From an uncultured Actinomyces sp. (lineage in GTDB: Bacteria; Actinomycetota; Actinomycetes; Actinomycetales; Actinomycetaceae), in NCBI GenBank assembly GCA_964345595.1, contig CAYFRL010000001.1, positions 48,818-112,817 of the forward strand: DNA of 64,000 nt, written 5' to 3'. Below the pieces are notes generated by a model. The model was not told where the DNA came from and made no database searches. It saw only the letters and a program-made list of their open reading frames with translations. Of the stretch, positions 62,116 to 64,000 are shown one piece after another; within the stretch, counting starts at the first letter, position 1; every line of letters starts with the position of its first letter. The translations under genes and the position numbers were made by a program.

Positions 62116-63096
62116 CTAAGAAGGACGTACCACCAATCCGTCTCTGATGACCTGGTCAATCTCTGTGGATGTCGGGATCTGGTGAGAGCTGTCGCGCGCG
62201 ACCATCAGAGCCGCAGCAGCATTCGCCCTTTGACAGGCACCCACCAAATCCAAACCTTGAAGAAGGCCCGCGCACATCGCTCCGATGTGAGTGTCACCCA
62301 CTCCTGTCGTATCTACCCGGTAGGACGGGAATGCGGGAATCGCGATGGTCTCCGCGTCTGCGGTGACCTGAACTTCGCATCCTACGACGCCAAGCCTTCG
62401 CACCATGGCAGCCCCCCGTCGCATGATGTGTCTCACTCCGGTCCCTGGCACCGCTTGGTCGAGCATCCTTGCCAGGTGGGAGGCTTCCCGGATGTTCATG
62501 GTCACCACGTCCGCGCGTGGCAAAAGCCGCAACCACACGGCCGGGTCGACTTCTTGAACCGCAGGAGAAATCGCAACCACTAGCGTTACGTCCGGGGGAA
62601 GGTTTGCTCCCCACTCCACAATGGCCTCGCTTCGACCATTTATGAGATCGCTGCCAGCTATGTGGACCAGGTCTCCTGGGAAAAGCTCGATGGCATCAAG
62701 CCCCGCACGGGTCGGCTCTGATTCGACGCCCGGTGTGCGCACAGAAGTGTTGCTGGCATCAGCTTCGACGAAAACGATGGAAACTCCAACATCACCAACG
62801 AAAACGTCGGTGAGCGTCTTAATCTCAGCTGCTGCCAACTGCCTTCGCACCAGGAACGAGTTTGGTCCGGTGCCAAGCGGCGCCGCCAGGCAGGTTTCGA
62901 CGCCTTGGGCAGCAACGACTGAGAGCAGGGTGAACCCGCCGCCAGCGTTTGACAGCGCGCGCTGAGCTGTCGTGAAGGCCCCGCGTTCGGGGAGCTTCTC
63001 CAGCTGCACGTTTACCGCAAGGACCACCGATTCTGTGGATATCAGGCGTCCTTTCGGCGGCGGAAAAGGGCCAAGCGGAGCAGATGGGAGACTCAC
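62116..63096 (-). CDS. PfkB-family carbohydrate/ribokinase-like kinase
   Basis: 326 aa; C-terminal PfkB signature VDTTGVGDTHIGAM. Substrate cannot be inferred. Confidence 0.72.
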   Translation of the reverse strand: MSLPSAPLGPFPPPKGRLISTESVVLAVNVQLEKLPERGAFTTAQRALSNAGGGFTLLSVVAAQGVETCLAAPLGTGPNSFLVRRQLAAAEIKTLTDVFVGDVGVSIVFVEADASNTSVRTPGVESEPTRAGLDAIELFPGDLVHIAGSDLINGRSEAIVEWGANLPPDVTLVVAISPAVQEVDPAVWLRLLPRADVVTMNIREASHLARMLDQAVPGTGVRHIMRRGAAMVRRLGVVGCEVQVTADAETIAIPAFPSYRVDTTGVGDTHIGAMCAGLLQGLDLVGACQRANAAAALMVARDSSHQIPTSTEIDQVIRDGLVVRPS

Positions 63097-63098
63097 GT

Positions 63099-64000
63099 CT
63101 ACTGCTCCACTACGACCGGCACTAACATCGGTCTACGTCGGAGCCGTCGGCTCACCCAGCGCCCGACCACCCGGCGCATCACCTGCTGCAATACGCGTGT
63201 GCTCACTCCGCCGGGCGCCGCTGCGTCACGCAGCGCCTTGTCAAGTTCAGGCTGTATCTCATCAAAAACGGACTCATCCTCTGCGACTCCAACCGCTTTT
63301 ATCACCGGCCCGGCAAGGACTGTGCCCATGTCCTTATCGACTACCGCAAAGATGCTTACAAAGCCCTCAGAGCCCAGGGTTAGGCGTTCGCGTAGTTCGT
63401 CTTCCGACAGCTCTCCCACCGATTTTCCGTCGACGTAGACAAGTTCGCACGGAACCGCGCCCACAACGGAAGCCACGCCGTCTTCCAGGTCGATCACTAC
63501 CCCATCGTCTGCCAACACAACCCGCTCGGGATCGATCCCTGTTTTCACCGCTAACTGTCCGTTCGCGACCAGGTGTCGCACTTCGCCGTGAATCGGCATC
63601 ACGTTCTTCGGTTGAACAATGTTGTAGCAGTAAATCAATTCGCCAGAGGAAGCGTGGCCGGACACATGTACCTTGGCGTTCCCCTGATGGACAACGCGGG
63701 TGCCGAGACCCATTAGGTCATTTATCACGTGGTTCACCGAGTTTTCGTTCCCCGGGATCAAGGACGAGGCGAAGATCACCGTGTCGCCGGGGCCAACCGA
63801 GAGACTTTGGTGTGAGCGGTTCGCGATACGCGCCAGTGCCGCCATAGGCTCACCCTGGGACCCGGTTACCATGAAGACCTGCTTGTCCCTGGGTAACTGC
63901 TCCACCACCTTTATGTCTTCGACAGTGCCACTTGGCACCGACAGGTATCCGCGTTCTTGGGCGATGCTCATGTTACGTTCCATTGATCGGCCTACGAACG
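63099..64000 (-). CDS. rnj: Ribonuclease J (C-terminal part; gene continues beyond the window)
   Basis: beta-CASP/metallo-beta-lactamase motifs (HVSGHASSGEL, PIHGE) and the RNase J C-terminal domain. The frame is open to the window edge; the M at 63983 is internal. Confidence 0.85.
   Translation of the reverse strand, partial: FVGRSMERNMSIAQERGYLSVPSGTVEDIKVVEQLPRDKQVFMVTGSQGEPMAALARIANRSHQSLSVGPGDTVIFASSLIPGNENSVNHVINDLMGLGTRVVHQGNAKVHVSGHASSGELIYCYNIVQPKNVMPIHGEVRHLVANGQLAVKTGIDPERVVLADDGVVIDLEDGVASVVGAVPCELVYVDGKSVGELSEDELRERLTLGSEGFVSIFAVVDKDMGTVLAGPVIKAVGVAEDESVFDEIQPELDKALRDAAAPGGVSTRVLQQVMRRVVGRWVSRRLRRRPMLVPVVVEQ

Noticed and set aside
1-64000. Looked for a mobile element, defence island, CRISPR array, toxin-antitoxin pair or other novel multi-gene system anywhere in the window
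   Set aside because: Every sizeable ORF is accounted for by a housekeeping family in conserved actinobacterial synteny. There are no integrase, transposase or phage genes, no tRNA attachment site, no repeat-spacer arrays and no obvious compositional island. The only unknowns are single ORFs inside conserved operons.

Overview
This is a high-GC actinobacterial core-chromosome window. About 63 CDS are tightly packed, often with 4-8 nt overlaps, and all but eight lie on the minus strand. The order of the blocks, in increasing coordinates, closely follows the conserved Mycobacterium/Actinomycetales layout: fpg-rnc-DUF177-sepIVA-like-coaD-rsmD-recG; rpmB; thiL-trmH-rplT-rpmI-infC; a his operon (hisA/priA, hisH, orphan ORF, hisB, fused hisD-hisC); dnaE-GNAT-rluD-lspA; a dcw cluster (divIVA, yggT, sepF, ftsZ, ftsQ, murC, murG, ftsW, murD, mraY, murF, ftsI, ftsL, rsmH, mraZ); dinB; helD; serA; fadD; nrdR-LysM/lexA; ldh; hflX; miaA-miaB-cinA-recX-recA; clgR-pgsA-ftsK; a PfkB kinase; and a truncated RNase J gene at the right edge. 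I saw no tRNA or rRNA genes, CRISPR arrays, transposases, integrases, phage genes or recognisable defence genes. I therefore cannot support a claim that the window holds a novel multi-gene system. The unusual points are local. (1) hisD and hisC are fused in frame. (2) A structured leader ending in an intrinsic terminator sits 32 nt upstream of an ATC-initiated infC. (3) Three abutting 15-bp SOS boxes plus a fourth lie between lexA and a ChiZ-like LysM gene. (4) recA carries both a LexA-box promoter and an exact RecA-NDp (PafBC-type) motif. (5) Three phased AAAGTG(G/T) repeats upstream of mraZ look like an MraZ operator. (6) An orphan acidic ORF is translationally coupled inside the his operon. 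(7) The dcw cluster lacks murE and the ylmD/ylmE pair. All product calls come from motifs recognised by eye, not from database searches. Several starts were moved inward from the ORF-track maxima.
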